Shown here: positions 1 to 9,390 of the stretch, piece after piece | How positions within the stretch are numbered: position 1 is the stretch's first letter | How the letters are laid out: each line of letters starts with the position of its first letter | NCBI GenBank assembly: GCA_021787475.1 | Contig: JAJYLW010000008.1 | Span: 3,638-67,637 of the forward strand | DNA length: 64,000 nt | Source of the DNA: Actinomycetes bacterium | GTDB lineage: Bacteria > Actinomycetota > Thermoleophilia > BMS3ABIN01 | Direction of reading: 5' to 3' | Program-made: the position numbers and the translations under genes | The notes under the pieces: generated by a model | What the model was told of the DNA's origin: nothing | Databases searched by the model: none | Seen by the model: the letters and a program-made list of their open reading frames with translations, nothing else

Positions 1-534
1 CGGCCGGCTTGTTTGCCTCGGCGGAGGCGTAGCCGCGGCCCCGCTTGATCGTCAGCGTCATCTCCAGCTTTGCCTTTTTCCCCAGGTTGGCAATATGCAG
101 GCCCGGGTTGACAATCTCCAGTTCTGAGGGAACTTCGATGTCGCCGGCCGTGGCGGCGCCGACACCCGTCTTCACCAGCCGCACCTCGACCTGCCCCGCC
201 TCGCCGTGCAACCGGCAGACCATCTTCTTCAGATTGAGCACGATATCGGTGACGTCTTCCTTGACGCCGGGGACTGTGGAAAACTCGTGCGAGACGCCCT
301 CAATCTTGACATCCGTGACCGCCGCGCCTTCCAGCGACGACATCAGCACCCGTCTGAGCGAGTTGCCAAAGGTATGGCCAAAGCCGCGGTCGAGCGGCTC
401 GACAACAAAAATCCCCTTGTTGTCTTCCACCTGTTCGTGGGTTATCTTGGGAACCTGGAATGTAAGCAAATCATCCTCCATGGTTATCAAGTTTGAATCT
501 TTATAAAATGCCTCGGCTAAAGCCCCTGGCGTCA
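1..534 (-). CDS. rpoA: DNA-directed RNA polymerase alpha subunit, N-terminal part; truncated by window start
   Basis: Minus-strand translation from the ATG at 534 reads MTPGALAEAFYKDSNLITMEDDLLTFQVPKITHEQVED.... It matches the RpoA N-terminal domain. It sits downstream of rpsD as in the alpha operon. The listed +strand ORF 45..506 is a shadow ORF. The start could instead be the internal M (MEDDLL) at ~481. Confidence 0.85.
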
Positions 535-552
535 TGGTTCTCCCCCGCTTTC

Positions 553-1173
553 TTACTTCGAGTAAAGCTCAACGATTAACTGCTCCGCGACGGGAGCGTC
601 GATCTCTTCCCGCTCGGGGTACCTCAGGATTTTGCCCGTCAGGTTGTCGTGATCAGCCTGAAGCCAGGGCGAAACCGACGCCGTCAGCTCCGTCGCCTCG
701 CTGATGGTGTCGCGAGCGGAAGAGTTTGGCGCCACCGAGACAACGTCGTCAGGCCTCACCCGATATGAAGGTATGTCAACCCTTTTCCCGTTCACCATGA
801 AATGGCCATGCATAACCAGCTGGCGCGCCTGCCGCCGCGATACGGCGAAACCAAGGCGGTAGACCACGTTATCGAGGCGTGTTTCCAGCATCCTGAGCAG
901 GTTCTCGCCCGTAATCCCGGACTGCCTGTTTGCCGCCTCATAGTAGCCGCGGAACTGTTTTTCCAAGAGGCCGTAATAGCGCCTCGCTTTCTGTTTCTCG
1001 CGCAGTTGGGTCAGGTATTCAGTCTGTTTTGTCCGCCGGCGGCCATGCTCGCCGGGCGCGTAGGAGCGCCGGTCGATGGCGCAGCGATCGGTGAGGCAAC
1101 GTTCCCCCTTGAGGTATAATTTCAAACCCTCGCGGCGGCACTGCTTGCAAGCCGGTGAAATATCCTTAGCCAA
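553..1173 (-). CDS. rpsD: 30S ribosomal protein S4
   Basis: 206 aa. MAKDISPACKQCRREGLKLYLKGERC... has the S4 zinc-ribbon N-terminus and S4 domain. TTG start with AGGGTGA SD upstream. Confidence 0.95.
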   Translation of the reverse strand: MAKDISPACKQCRREGLKLYLKGERCLTDRCAIDRRSYAPGEHGRRRTKQTEYLTQLREKQKARRYYGLLEKQFRGYYEAANRQSGITGENLLRMLETRLDNVVYRLGFAVSRRQARQLVMHGHFMVNGKRVDIPSYRVRPDDVVSVAPNSSARDTISEATELTASVSPWLQADHDNLTGKILRYPEREEIDAPVAEQLIVELYSK

Positions 1174-1327
1174 AACTAATCACCCTAAAAAATAGTTCCA
1201 AGTTCCGAGTTCCGAGTTCCGAAAAAAACTGCAACCATTGTTTACCGTTTGACAAAATTTTTTGCTTTATCCAGAATCCAGTTTACTGGTTTGTCCAAAA
1301 TTCAACGCTAACATCCACCATCTGCTT

Positions 1328-1723
1328 TTACACTCTCCGGCGTTTGCGCTGCCGGCAACCGTTGTGCGGCACCGGCGTCACGTCCTTGACGCTCATCACT
1401 TCCAGGCCGGCCGCCTGCAGCGAGCGGATAGCGGTCTCACGCCCGGAACCCGGCCCTTTCACGAAGACGTCAACTTTCTTCAGCCCGTGCTCCATGCCTT
1501 TCTTGGCGCAGGAATCAGCGGTTACCTGGGCCGCGAACGGCGTGCTTTTACGCGAGCCTTTAAAGCCCACCGACCCGGCGCTCTCCCAAGCGATCACATT
1601 TCCTTCCTTATCACAAAGGCTGACTATCGTATTGTTAAACGATGTCTTGATGTGCGCCTGCCCGACCGGAATGTTCTTCTTAACCTTGCGGCGCGAGCGG
1701 GCTTTTGTCTTTGGAGCCGCCAT
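1328..1723 (-). CDS. rpsK: 30S ribosomal protein S11
   Basis: 131 aa. ...[18 protein letters not shown]...[11 protein letters not shown]... is canonical S11. Confidence 0.95.
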   Translation of the reverse strand: MAAPKTKARSRRKVKKNIPVGQAHIKTSFNNTIVSLCDKEGNVIAWESAGSVGFKGSRKSTPFAAQVTADSCAKKGMEHGLKKVDVFVKGPGSGRETAIRSLQAAGLEVMSVKDVTPVPHNGCRQRKRRRV

Positions 1724-1829
1724 TACATCCTTTCATTAATCTTCACATATTTTAGGAACTGCTGTTCCTAATATCGGTTCAGAGTTCCGGGTTATTTTCA
1801 ACATGATGTCCGTAACTAGGAATTCGGAA

Positions 1830-2201
1830 CTATTTTTTGCGCCTCACTCCCACTGTCCGCCGCGGCCCCTTGCGGCCGCGGGCATTTGTTTTTGTGCGCT
1901 GGCCCCTTACCGGCAGCCCGCGCCTATGCCGCAGCCCCCGGTAGCAGCCAATCTCCATCAGCCGCTTGACATTCTGGGACCGCTCCCGCCGGAGATCTCC
2001 CTCAACCATCAAATTCTTGTCAAGATATTCCCGCAGGCGGTTGATCTCCTCTTCGGTCAGGTCGCGCACGTAGGTATCCTTGTTTATGCCCAGGTCACCC
2101 AAAACGCGGCTTGACTGGGAGCGCCCCACCCCATAGATATAGGTAAGGCCAATCTCAACCCTCTTGTCATTAGGCAGATTTATGCCGGCGATGCGCGCCA
2201 C
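1830..2201 (-). CDS. rpsM: 30S ribosomal protein S13
   Basis: 123 aa. [26 protein letters not shown]... is canonical S13. Confidence 0.95.
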   Translation of the reverse strand: MARIAGINLPNDKRVEIGLTYIYGVGRSQSSRVLGDLGINKDTYVRDLTEEEINRLREYLDKNLMVEGDLRRERSQNVKRLMEIGCYRGLRHRRGLPVRGQRTKTNARGRKGPRRTVGVRRKK

Positions 2202-2231
2202 TTGATGACCTCCGGAAATTGACAGGAGCCG

Positions 2232-2345
2232 TTAGCCCTGCCGTTGCTTGTGCCTCGGGTTGGGGCAGATGACCAGCAGCTTCCCGCCCCGGCGCACAAG
2301 CTTGCACTTCTCGCAAATTGGTTTGACAGATGATCTTACTTTCAT
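2232..2345 (-). CDS. rpmJ: 50S ribosomal protein L36 (zinc-binding form)
   Basis: Hand translation of the minus strand gives [37 protein letters not shown], 37 aa, with the C-x2-C...C-x4-H motif. It lies between infA and rpsM as in the canonical operon. It is absent from the ORF track because it is under 60 aa. Confidence 0.85.
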   Translation of the reverse strand: MKVRSSVKPICEKCKLVRRGGKLLVICPNPRHKQRQG

Positions 2346-2426
2346 AGCTATTCCTGTTCCGTTTACCGAGCTCCGGCGTTCCGAGTTCCGAATCGCGAAG
2401 TTGAAATAACTCGGATCTCGAAACTT

Positions 2427-2648
2427 TCACTTAAACCTGTACGTTATCCTTCCCCTGCTTAAATCATATGGAGAAAGCTCTACTTTCACCCGGTCTCCCG
2501 GGAGGATGCGGATGTAATGCATTCGCATCTTGCCGGAAATATGCGCCAGCACTTCATGCTCATTGTCAAGGCGCACCTTGAACATGGTATTGGGAAGGGC
2601 CTCGACGACCTCTCCCTCAAACTCTATTGCTTCCTCTTTTTCAGTCAC
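2427..2648 (-). CDS. infA: translation initiation factor IF-1
   Basis: 73 aa. ...[62 protein letters not shown] is a canonical S1-like IF-1. Confidence 0.95.
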   Translation of the reverse strand: MTEKEEAIEFEGEVVEALPNTMFKVRLDNEHEVLAHISGKMRMHYIRILPGDRVKVELSPYDLSRGRITYRFK

Positions 2649-2681
2649 TTAGCCTCCGCCTCCGGTGGCCAAACCGGCATT

Positions 2682-3473
2682 TTACCACAAAGGAAGGGCC
2701 GTGCCCAACCCCGGCGCCTTCATCGACCCGCGCAGCGTCAGGATTCGCGGCCCGCTTTCCATCAGCGCCACCGTGTGCTCGAAATGCGCCGACAGGCTGC
2801 CGTCCGCCGTTGATATGGCCCACTTGTCTTCGCCGACTACAACGCGGTGCGTGCCAGCATTGACCATCGGCTCAATAGCAAACACCATCCCTTCTTCCAA
2901 CAACGGGCCTTCGCCCGGCGTGCCATAATTTGGAATCTGCGGGTCCTCGTGCATATTGCGGCCAATACCATGGCCTACCAGCGTCCGCACCACCGCAAAT
3001 CCGTTCGCTTCGACATGTTCTTCCACCGCGTGGGAGACGTCTCCCAGGTGATTCCCCGGCACGCATTTTGCTATTGCCAGCTTCAGCGACGCCTCCGTCA
3101 CCTCCATCAGCCTCTCCGCCAGCCGCCTCGGTTTGCCCGCCGCCACGGTGACGGCGCCGTCCCCGACCCAACCTTCCAGGGTGACGCCGACATCAAGGCT
3201 GACGATGTCGCCATCCTTCAGCTCGTACGGTCCCGGGATGCCATGCACCACCATCGCATTCGGCGAGGCGCAAATGGAGGCCGGAAAACCGCGGTACCCT
3301 TTAAACGTCGGCATCCCCTTGTGCTTCCTGATGAACTTCTCAGCCTTTGCGTCCAGCGCCGCGGTTGTTACGCCCGGCCGGCACTCTCCCCGGAGCATCT
3401 CCAGGCAGGCGGCCACCACCACTCCCGCCTGGGCCATCTTCTCAATCTGGTCCCGTGATTTGCGAATTATCAA
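2682..3473 (-). CDS. map: type I methionine aminopeptidase
   Basis: 263 aa with the metal-binding residues of the pita-bread fold (DVGV...HGIGR...FAIEPM...HFEHTV). Position between adk and infA. Confidence 0.95.
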   Translation of the reverse strand: MIIRKSRDQIEKMAQAGVVVAACLEMLRGECRPGVTTAALDAKAEKFIRKHKGMPTFKGYRGFPASICASPNAMVVHGIPGPYELKDGDIVSLDVGVTLEGWVGDGAVTVAAGKPRRLAERLMEVTEASLKLAIAKCVPGNHLGDVSHAVEEHVEANGFAVVRTLVGHGIGRNMHEDPQIPNYGTPGEGPLLEEGMVFAIEPMVNAGTHRVVVGEDKWAISTADGSLSAHFEHTVALMESGPRILTLRGSMKAPGLGTALPLW

Positions 3474-3506
3474 CTTGACCCGGCCCCAGAGGTGCCAAAA
3501 GCCAGA

Positions 3507-4181
3507 TTAACAATCAAGCTGCTCCCTTGCCCGTGCCAGGATTTCCCTGATTCGCTCATAAATTTCATCCGGATGGCCGACACCGTCAATCTCGGTCGGC
3601 ACCCCCAATTTCCGGTAATAGCCGATCAGTGGCTCCGTCTGCTTGCGATAGACCTCGAGCCGGTTCTGCACCGTCGCCTCGCTGTCGTCGCTGCGCTGGT
3701 AAATCTCACCGCCGCACTCATCACAAATATTCTCCACTTTCGGCGGAGAAAAAACGGTATGGTAAGGCTTCTGGCACTGGCGGCAAAGGCGCCGGCCGGT
3801 CAGCCGCTGAAGCAGTTCCGCTTCCGGCACGGCAATCGCCACCGCCAGCGTCACCCGCCTGCCACTCGCCTCCAACTGCCTGTCGAGCTCCTCTGCCTGG
3901 GCGAGGCTGCGGGGAAAGCCATCCAGGAGGAAGCCGGCCGCCGCGTCCGGCTGCCCCAGCCGCTCGGCAACGATGCCGGTCACCACTTCATCCGGCACGA
4001 GTTCTCCCGCATCCATGAAGCTCTTCGCCCGGGCGCCCAGTTCAGTGCCCTGGGCGACCGCTTCCCGCAGCATGTCCCCGGTGGAGACGTGGACGAGGCC
4101 GAACTCCTGCCTGATCCGCTCCGCCTGGGTTCCCTTGCCCGCGCCCGGCGGACCCAAAAGGATGACGTTCAGGCCCGCCAT
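3507..4181 (-). CDS. adk: adenylate kinase with Cys4 zinc lid
   Basis: 224 aa. P-loop GPPGAGKGTQ. The LID has CRQC...CDEC. Confidence 0.95.
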   Translation of the reverse strand: MAGLNVILLGPPGAGKGTQAERIRQEFGLVHVSTGDMLREAVAQGTELGARAKSFMDAGELVPDEVVTGIVAERLGQPDAAAGFLLDGFPRSLAQAEELDRQLEASGRRVTLAVAIAVPEAELLQRLTGRRLCRQCQKPYHTVFSPPKVENICDECGGEIYQRSDDSEATVQNRLEVYRKQTEPLIGYYRKLGVPTEIDGVGHPDEIYERIREILARAREQLDC

Positions 4182-5443
4182 TATTTCAGGAACCCCTCAT
4201 AATGGCGCATCAGCAGTTGCGATTCCATCTGCTGCATGGTCTGAAGCGCGACGCCGACAACAATCAGGATGGAAGTGCCGCCGAAATAAAAAGTTATTCC
4301 CAACCCGCTGATGAGGATGCTCGGCAGCACCGCAATCGCCGCCAGAAAGATGGCTCCCGGCAGGGTCAGGCGCGTCAGCACCCGGTCCAGATAGACGGCC
4401 GTGGGCCGGCCGGGCCTGATGCCGGGAATAAACCCGCCGTACTTCTTCAGGTCGCTGGCCCGCTCCACCGGATCAAACTGTACGGCAGTGTAAAAATAGG
4501 TGAAGCCGATGATGAAGATTGCCTCTGTGATCAGGAACGCCGGACCGGAAGGGCGCAGCCAGTTGGCGAACCAAGATGCGGCGCCGTAGTTTGGGAAAAA
4601 CCTGGCGATCGTCGGTGCAAACATCAACACCGATGAGGCAAATATGACCGGGATGACGCCGGCCATATTGATTGACAGGGGCAGGTAGGTGCTGCCGCCG
4701 GTGGTCATGCGGCGGCCGATCTGCCTCTTGGCGTACTGGATGTTTATGCGCCGCTGCCCCTCCTGCACCAGCACGATGCCGGCGATCACCACGGCGCCGA
4801 TGCCGAGCATGACCACGATCGTGAAAACGCTGGTGGTGGCGGGATTCAGGAACCGGTAGAGGCCGGGGATAAGGCCGGAGACAATGCTGGCAAAGATAAG
4901 CAGTGAGATGCCGTTGCCAATCCCGTGCTGGGTCATCAGCTCGCCGATCCACATCAGCAGGATTGTGCCGGCCGTCAGCGTGATAACGATCTCGTAAAAC
5001 TTGAGCGGTGTCAGCTGGATAATTCCCTGCTGCGCGAAAAGAACGGTGAAGCCTACCGATTGCGCCACCGCCAGCGCGACGGTCAGGTAGCGGGTGTACT
5101 GGGTAATCTTCTGCTGGCCATGCTCGCCCTCGCGGGCCAGCTCCTTCAGCGAGGGGAAGGCCATTGTGAGCAACTGCAGGATGATGGATGCGGTGATGTA
5201 CGGCATGATGCCCAGGGCAAAAACGGCAAATCTGGTGAGCGCGCCACCAGAGAACAGATTCAGAAAACCAAGAATGGATTGTTGATTCGCGGTGTTGTTG
5301 ATAAACTGATTGATTGCGTTAACGTCGATGCCCGGAACGGGCACATGCGCGCCAAAGCGGTAAATCACGATCATGGCGGCCGTGAAGATCAGCTTTTTGC
5401 GCAACTCCGGAATCTTCCACGCATTTGCCAGTGAACCAAACAA
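4181..5443 (-). CDS. secY: preprotein translocase subunit SecY
   Basis: 420 aa, 10-TM SecY profile (MFGSLANAWKIPELRKKLIFT...). 1-nt overlap with adk. Confidence 0.95.
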   Translation of the reverse strand: MFGSLANAWKIPELRKKLIFTAAMIVIYRFGAHVPVPGIDVNAINQFINNTANQQSILGFLNLFSGGALTRFAVFALGIMPYITASIILQLLTMAFPSLKELAREGEHGQQKITQYTRYLTVALAVAQSVGFTVLFAQQGIIQLTPLKFYEIVITLTAGTILLMWIGELMTQHGIGNGISLLIFASIVSGLIPGLYRFLNPATTSVFTIVVMLGIGAVVIAGIVLVQEGQRRINIQYAKRQIGRRMTTGGSTYLPLSINMAGVIPVIFASSVLMFAPTIARFFPNYGAASWFANWLRPSGPAFLITEAIFIIGFTYFYTAVQFDPVERASDLKKYGGFIPGIRPGRPTAVYLDRVLTRLTLPGAIFLAAIAVLPSILISGLGITFYFGGTSILIVVGVALQTMQQMESQLLMRHYEGFLK

Positions 5444-5444
5444 G

Positions 5445-5954
5445 CTAAATAACCTCCGCCTTGCCGCCGGCGGCTTCGATCTTCTCGCGGGCGGTCTTGC
5501 TGAAGCCGGCAGCGCGCACGGTCAGCGCCGCCTTGACCTCGCCGCGGCCGAGAATCTTAAGCGGCAACTTCGTGTTCTTGATGATGCCCGCCTCGGCAAG
5601 CGCCTCGGGGGTAATCGTGGCCTTTGCCGCAAAACCGGACAGACGGTCAACATTAACGGCCTGGGACCGGGTGCGGAACGGGCCCATCGGCATGCTCATT
5701 TTCTTGTTGGGGCCGCGCAGCTTGCCAACCCGCATGTAGAGCGGCATCTGGCCGCCTTCATATCCCGGCCGGGGCCGGCCGCCGGAGCGGCTGTTAAAGC
5801 CCTTGTGGCCGCGGCCGGAGGTCTTGCCGTGGCCGCTGCCGTGCCCCCGCCCGACCCGCTTGCAGGTATGCTTCGCCCTGGGCGCCGGGTGCAGATTATG
5901 CAGACCAAGGTAGCCCTCGCCGGTGTCTTTTTTTCTTTTGTCTTCGGTGCTCAT
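5445..5954 (-). CDS. rplO: 50S ribosomal protein L15
   Basis: 169 aa. KRVGRGHGSGHGKTSGRGHKG... is an L15 core with an N-terminal extension. Confidence 0.9.
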   Translation of the reverse strand: MSTEDKRKKDTGEGYLGLHNLHPAPRAKHTCKRVGRGHGSGHGKTSGRGHKGFNSRSGGRPRPGYEGGQMPLYMRVGKLRGPNKKMSMPMGPFRTRSQAVNVDRLSGFAAKATITPEALAEAGIIKNTKLPLKILGRGEVKAALTVRAAGFSKTAREKIEAAGGKAEVI

Positions 5955-6025
5955 AAAAATCTCCGGTTAACGATTAATGAGCCGCTTCCCTGGCACGTTA
6001 AACGTGAAACGCCAAACATGAAGCA

Positions 6026-6208
6026 TTACTTGACCTCTTCCACTTCTACCATAAACCGGACGTGATTGATCATGCCGCGGATAACGGGGTTGTCGTCATG
6101 GATGACGCTGTGGTTGATCCGACGCAGGCCAAGGGCACGGACTGTCCGCCGGTGCTCCGCCTTGCGCCCGATCAGGCTTTTCTGTTGCGTAATCTTCAAC
6201 CTGGCCAT
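6026..6208 (-). CDS. rpmD: 50S ribosomal protein L30
   Basis: [28 protein letters not shown]... is L30. I used the internal ATG at 6208 because the ORF-track N-extension up to 6277 would overlap rpsE. The start is 1 nt past the rpsE stop. Confidence 0.85.
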   Translation of the reverse strand: MARLKITQQKSLIGRKAEHRRTVRALGLRRINHSVIHDDNPVIRGMINHVRFMVEVEEVK

Positions 6209-6209
6209 G

Positions 6210-6776
6210 TTATTCCGCCGCCTGCCCGGCCGTCTCTGCGGGAGGCTCGGCCGGGCCGGCTCCAAGAATCTCGGCAACGGTCTTGCCTCTCAACTTCGCC
6301 AGCGCCTTGGGATCCTTCAGCGATAGCAACCCGTCGATGCTGGCGCGGACCATGTTGATCGGGTTTGTCGTTCCCAGGCATTTGGCCAGCACATCATGGA
6401 TGCCGGCCAGCTCGAGCACCGCGCGTACGCCTCCGCCGGCGATGATGCCGGTGCCGGGCGAAGCCGGCTTGAGCAGCACGCGTCCGGCTCCGTAGCTGCC
6501 AATCACCTGATGAGTAATTGTCGTCTTGTATTTGGGAACCTGAAACATGTTTTTTTTCGCGTCCTCGACGGCCTTCTGGATCGCCAGCGGCACTTCCTTG
6601 GCTTTGCCGTAACCGACGCCGACGCGGCTGACCGCATCGCCGACAACAACGAGCGCGGTGAAGGAGAAGCGCCGGCCGCCCTTTACCACCTTGGCGACGC
6701 GGTTGATATGCACGACTTTTTCCTGGAGCTCGGGAGCCTTGCGGCCCAGCTCGATTTTTTCGTAAGCGTCGGCCAT
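6210..6776 (-). CDS. rpsE: 30S ribosomal protein S5
   Basis: S5 core [24 protein letters not shown].... I chose the start MADAYEK at 6776, with ATG 1 nt after the rplR stop. The ORF track extends to 6911 but that would overlap rplR. There is a C-terminal Ala/Pro-rich tail. Confidence 0.9.
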   Translation of the reverse strand: MADAYEKIELGRKAPELQEKVVHINRVAKVVKGGRRFSFTALVVVGDAVSRVGVGYGKAKEVPLAIQKAVEDAKKNMFQVPKYKTTITHQVIGSYGAGRVLLKPASPGTGIIAGGGVRAVLELAGIHDVLAKCLGTTNPINMVRASIDGLLSLKDPKALAKLRGKTVAEILGAGPAEPPAETAGQAAE

Positions 6777-6777
6777 G

Positions 6778-7146
6778 CTAGAACTCGATTCCTCCTTTGC
6801 GGACAGCCTCAGCCAGGGCCTTGACGCGTCCATGGTAGAGGTAGGCGCCGCGGTCAAAAACGACCCGCCCGATATTTTTTTCCCTGGCCCGCGCCGCCAG
6901 CAGCTCGCCAACCTTTCCGGCGGTCTCGGTCTTTTTCAGGTCGGATTCCTTGATTTCCTGAGATGAAGCCGAGACGAGCGTCTTGCCCTCCAGATCGTCA
7001 ATCACCTGGGCGCAAATGCCGCGGTTGCTCCGGAAAACACTCAACCGGGGCCGGCCGGCCGCGCCCTTGATGCGGCGTCGCACCCGCTGCCGACGCCGGC
7101 TGCGGGTCTCGTCCCTGCTGATCAGCTGTTCCCTGGTCTTTGCCAC
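6778..7146 (-). CDS. rplR: 50S ribosomal protein L18
   Basis: L18 core ...[12 protein letters not shown]...[19 protein letters not shown].... Likely GTG start at 7146, immediately after the rplF stop at 7148. The ORF is open upstream to 7287, so the start is uncertain. Confidence 0.85.
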   Translation of the reverse strand: MAKTREQLISRDETRSRRRQRVRRRIKGAAGRPRLSVFRSNRGICAQVIDDLEGKTLVSASSQEIKESDLKKTETAGKVGELLAARAREKNIGRVVFDRGAYLYHGRVKALAEAVRKGGIEF

Positions 7147-7147
7147 G

Positions 7148-7684
7148 TTACGCCCTCTTGCCAACCTTCCTGCGAATCTGCTCTTCTTCGTACTTGATCC
7201 CCTTGCCCTTGTACGGCTCCGGCGGGCGGATCGCGCGAATCTCGGCGGCAATCTGCCCGACCGCCTGCTTGTCGATGCCCCTGACAATCACCTGGGTCGG
7301 CTTGGGCACTTCAAAGATGATCTCCTTGCCAGCGGGAGTGATTAGCACCGGGTGCGAGTAACCAACCGTCAGCTCCAGGTCACTGCCCTTCAACTGGGCG
7401 CGGTAGCCGACGCCGTTGATCTCCAGCCGCCGCTCAAAACCCTCAGTGACGCCCCTGACCATATTGGCAATCAGGGTGCGGGTAAGCCCGTGCAGCGAGC
7501 GATGCTGCGCCTGGTCCGTCGGCCGGCGCACCAGGATCTGCTTCTCCTCCTGGGCGATCTCCATCTCAGACGAAAAACCAGCCGATAAGGAACCCTTCGG
7601 TCCGCTGACGGTGACTTCCGAGCCGTCGATTTTGATCTCAACCCCACCCGGGATAGGTATCGGTGCTTTGCCGATTCGTGACAT
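7148..7684 (-). CDS. rplF: 50S ribosomal protein L6
   Basis: 178 aa. [31 protein letters not shown]... is canonical L6. Confidence 0.95.
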   Translation of the reverse strand: MSRIGKAPIPIPGGVEIKIDGSEVTVSGPKGSLSAGFSSEMEIAQEEKQILVRRPTDQAQHRSLHGLTRTLIANMVRGVTEGFERRLEINGVGYRAQLKGSDLELTVGYSHPVLITPAGKEIIFEVPKPTQVIVRGIDKQAVGQIAAEIRAIRPPEPYKGKGIKYEEEQIRRKVGKRA

Positions 7685-7781
7685 TACACTATGACCCCGT
7701 TTTTTAGTTTCCGGTTTCCGGTCAAGTTTTGGGTTTTGGGTTTTGGGTTTTATCCATTATCCACCATCCACCATCTGCTTT

Positions 7782-8180
7782 TCACCAGATAAAGCAGACG
7801 ACTTCGCCGCCGATCCCTTTCTTCTCGGCTTCTCGGCCGGTCATCAGGCCTTTCGACGTTGACAAAATGGCTGTCCCCAACCCTCCGAGGACCCTGGGAA
7901 TGCTCTCCTTGCGGGCGTAAACGCGGCGGCCCGGCTTGCTGATCCGCTTCAGGCCCGAGATGACGCGCTGCCTCTCGGGACTGTACTTGAGGTCAACGAT
8001 AATATTGTCAAAACTTTTGCCGCGCACAAGCGCGAAGTCACGAATATACCCTTCCTGCTTGAGCAGTTTCGCAATTTCCATTTTCATCATCGACGCCGGC
8101 ATCTCAACCCTGTCCTTCAGACTTGTGTTGGCGTTCCGCAGTCGCGTCAACATGTCGGCAATCGGGTCATTAACAGTCAT
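7782..8180 (-). CDS. rpsH: 30S ribosomal protein S8
   Basis: MTVNDPIADMLTRLRNAN... is S8. Start at the ATG at 8180 with an AGGAGG SD. The ORF-track N-extension is rejected. Confidence 0.9.
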   Translation of the reverse strand: MTVNDPIADMLTRLRNANTSLKDRVEMPASMMKMEIAKLLKQEGYIRDFALVRGKSFDNIIVDLKYSPERQRVISGLKRISKPGRRVYARKESIPRVLGGLGTAILSTSKGLMTGREAEKKGIGGEVVCFIW

Positions 8181-8191
8181 CTGCGAGCCTC

Positions 8192-8377
8192 CTACCAGCT
8201 GGACTTTGTCAAACCGGGAATGACGCCATGATGGGCCAGTTCGCGCAGGCAGATGCGGCAGAGGCCGAATTTGCGAAAATAACCGCGCGGCCGGCCGCAG
8301 CGACGGCAACGGTGATACCCGCGGCTGCTGTACTTGGGCGTCCGGTTTGACTTGACTACCAGTGAAGTCTTTGCCAT
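8192..8377 (-). CDS. rpsZ: 30S ribosomal protein S14 type Z (zinc form)
   Basis: 61 aa. ...[23 protein letters not shown]... is the Cys4 short S14. Confidence 0.95.
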   Translation of the reverse strand: MAKTSLVVKSNRTPKYSSRGYHRCRRCGRPRGYFRKFGLCRICLRELAHHGVIPGLTKSSW

Positions 8378-8386
8378 TTCTTCTCC

Positions 8387-8929
8387 TTACCGCTCCCGGA
8401 AAGGCATGCCCAGCCCGGCCATCAGGGCGCGCCCTTCATCATTATTGGCGGCGGTTGTTGTTATTGCGATATCAAGGCCCCGGGTCTGCGAGATTGAATC
8501 ATAATCAATCTCGGGAAAGATCATCTGCTCCCGGATCCCCAGTGACATGTTGCCGCGCCCATCGAACGATTTGGGAGAAATCCCCCTGAAGTCCCGCACC
8601 CGGGGCAGGGCGATTGAAATCAGCCGGTCCAGGAACTCGTACATCCGCTCACCCCTGAGCGTCACCGAGCAGCCCACCGGCATGCCGGCCCGGATCTTGA
8701 ACTGCGCGATCGATTTGCGGGCCCGGTTCAGCTGCGGCTTCTGCCCGGTGATTACCGCCAGTTCGGCCATGGCGTCCTCCAGGGCCTTGGCATCTGTCTT
8801 CGCCTCGCCAACGCCCATGTTCACCGTCACTTTGGTGACGCGGGGAGCCCGCATCGGAGAATTCATCTCAAACTCCCGCATCAACTGCGGCAGAATCTCG
8901 TTTTCATACCTGTCTTTCAAGCGTGCCAT
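8387..8929 (-). CDS. rplE: 50S ribosomal protein L5
   Basis: [20 protein letters not shown]... is the L5 core. I chose the start at the ATG at 8929. The ORF track extends to 9061 and would overlap rplX. Confidence 0.9.
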   Translation of the reverse strand: MARLKDRYENEILPQLMREFEMNSPMRAPRVTKVTVNMGVGEAKTDAKALEDAMAELAVITGQKPQLNRARKSIAQFKIRAGMPVGCSVTLRGERMYEFLDRLISIALPRVRDFRGISPKSFDGRGNMSLGIREQMIFPEIDYDSISQTRGLDIAITTTAANNDEGRALMAGLGMPFRER

Positions 8930-8993
8930 AATTGCTCTTTCTCTATCCAGCAACTGGTTTTTTGGTTTTATCCAGCATCCAGAATCCGCTTCA

Positions 8994-9311
8994 TCACTCT
9001 GTCTCCGCGCCGCACTGCTTGCAGACACGCAGCCGGCCGGTCTCGGTGCGCTTGACGCCAAGCCGGACGGCGCTGTTGCAGCGCGAACAGTAATACATCA
9101 CGTTGGAAATGTGGATGGCAGCCTCCCGCTCCAGCGTACCCTGGGGATTGCTTGGCGTCGGCCGTTTATGGCGCTTGGCCATATTCAGACGCTCGACAAC
9201 CACCCGCTGCTCCACGGGGTCGACGCGCAGCACCTTGCCGGTCTTCCCCCGGGCCTTGCCGGCGATAACCCTGACCGTGTCGCCCTTTTTTATTTTCAGT
9301 TTGTTCGACAT
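8994..9311 (-). CDS. rplX: 50S ribosomal protein L24 with C-terminal Cys4 zinc ribbon
   Basis: [27 protein letters not shown]... is a KOW domain. The C-terminus is [10 protein letters not shown]...RVCKQCG. Start at the ATG at 9311. Confidence 0.9.
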   Translation of the reverse strand: MSNKLKIKKGDTVRVIAGKARGKTGKVLRVDPVEQRVVVERLNMAKRHKRPTPSNPQGTLEREAAIHISNVMYYCSRCNSAVRLGVKRTETGRLRVCKQCGAETE

Positions 9312-9390
9312 AAAATTGAGTTTTGCGTTTCGAGTTCCGAGTTCCCTTTGCACCAGTTTTAAGCCGGACTCAGGAATCCGGGACTTATAT

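Noticed and set aside
5445-6911. ORF-track N-terminal extensions of rpsE, rpmD, rpsH, rplE, rplX, rplV, rpsJ, rplL, and of the GT39, rhodanese and tandem-repeat genes
   Set aside because: The extended versions would overlap the upstream gene by up to 130 nt. Internal ATG or GTG codons sit 1-15 nt after the upstream stop, with SD-like sequences. Those internal starts match the conserved N-termini of the protein families.
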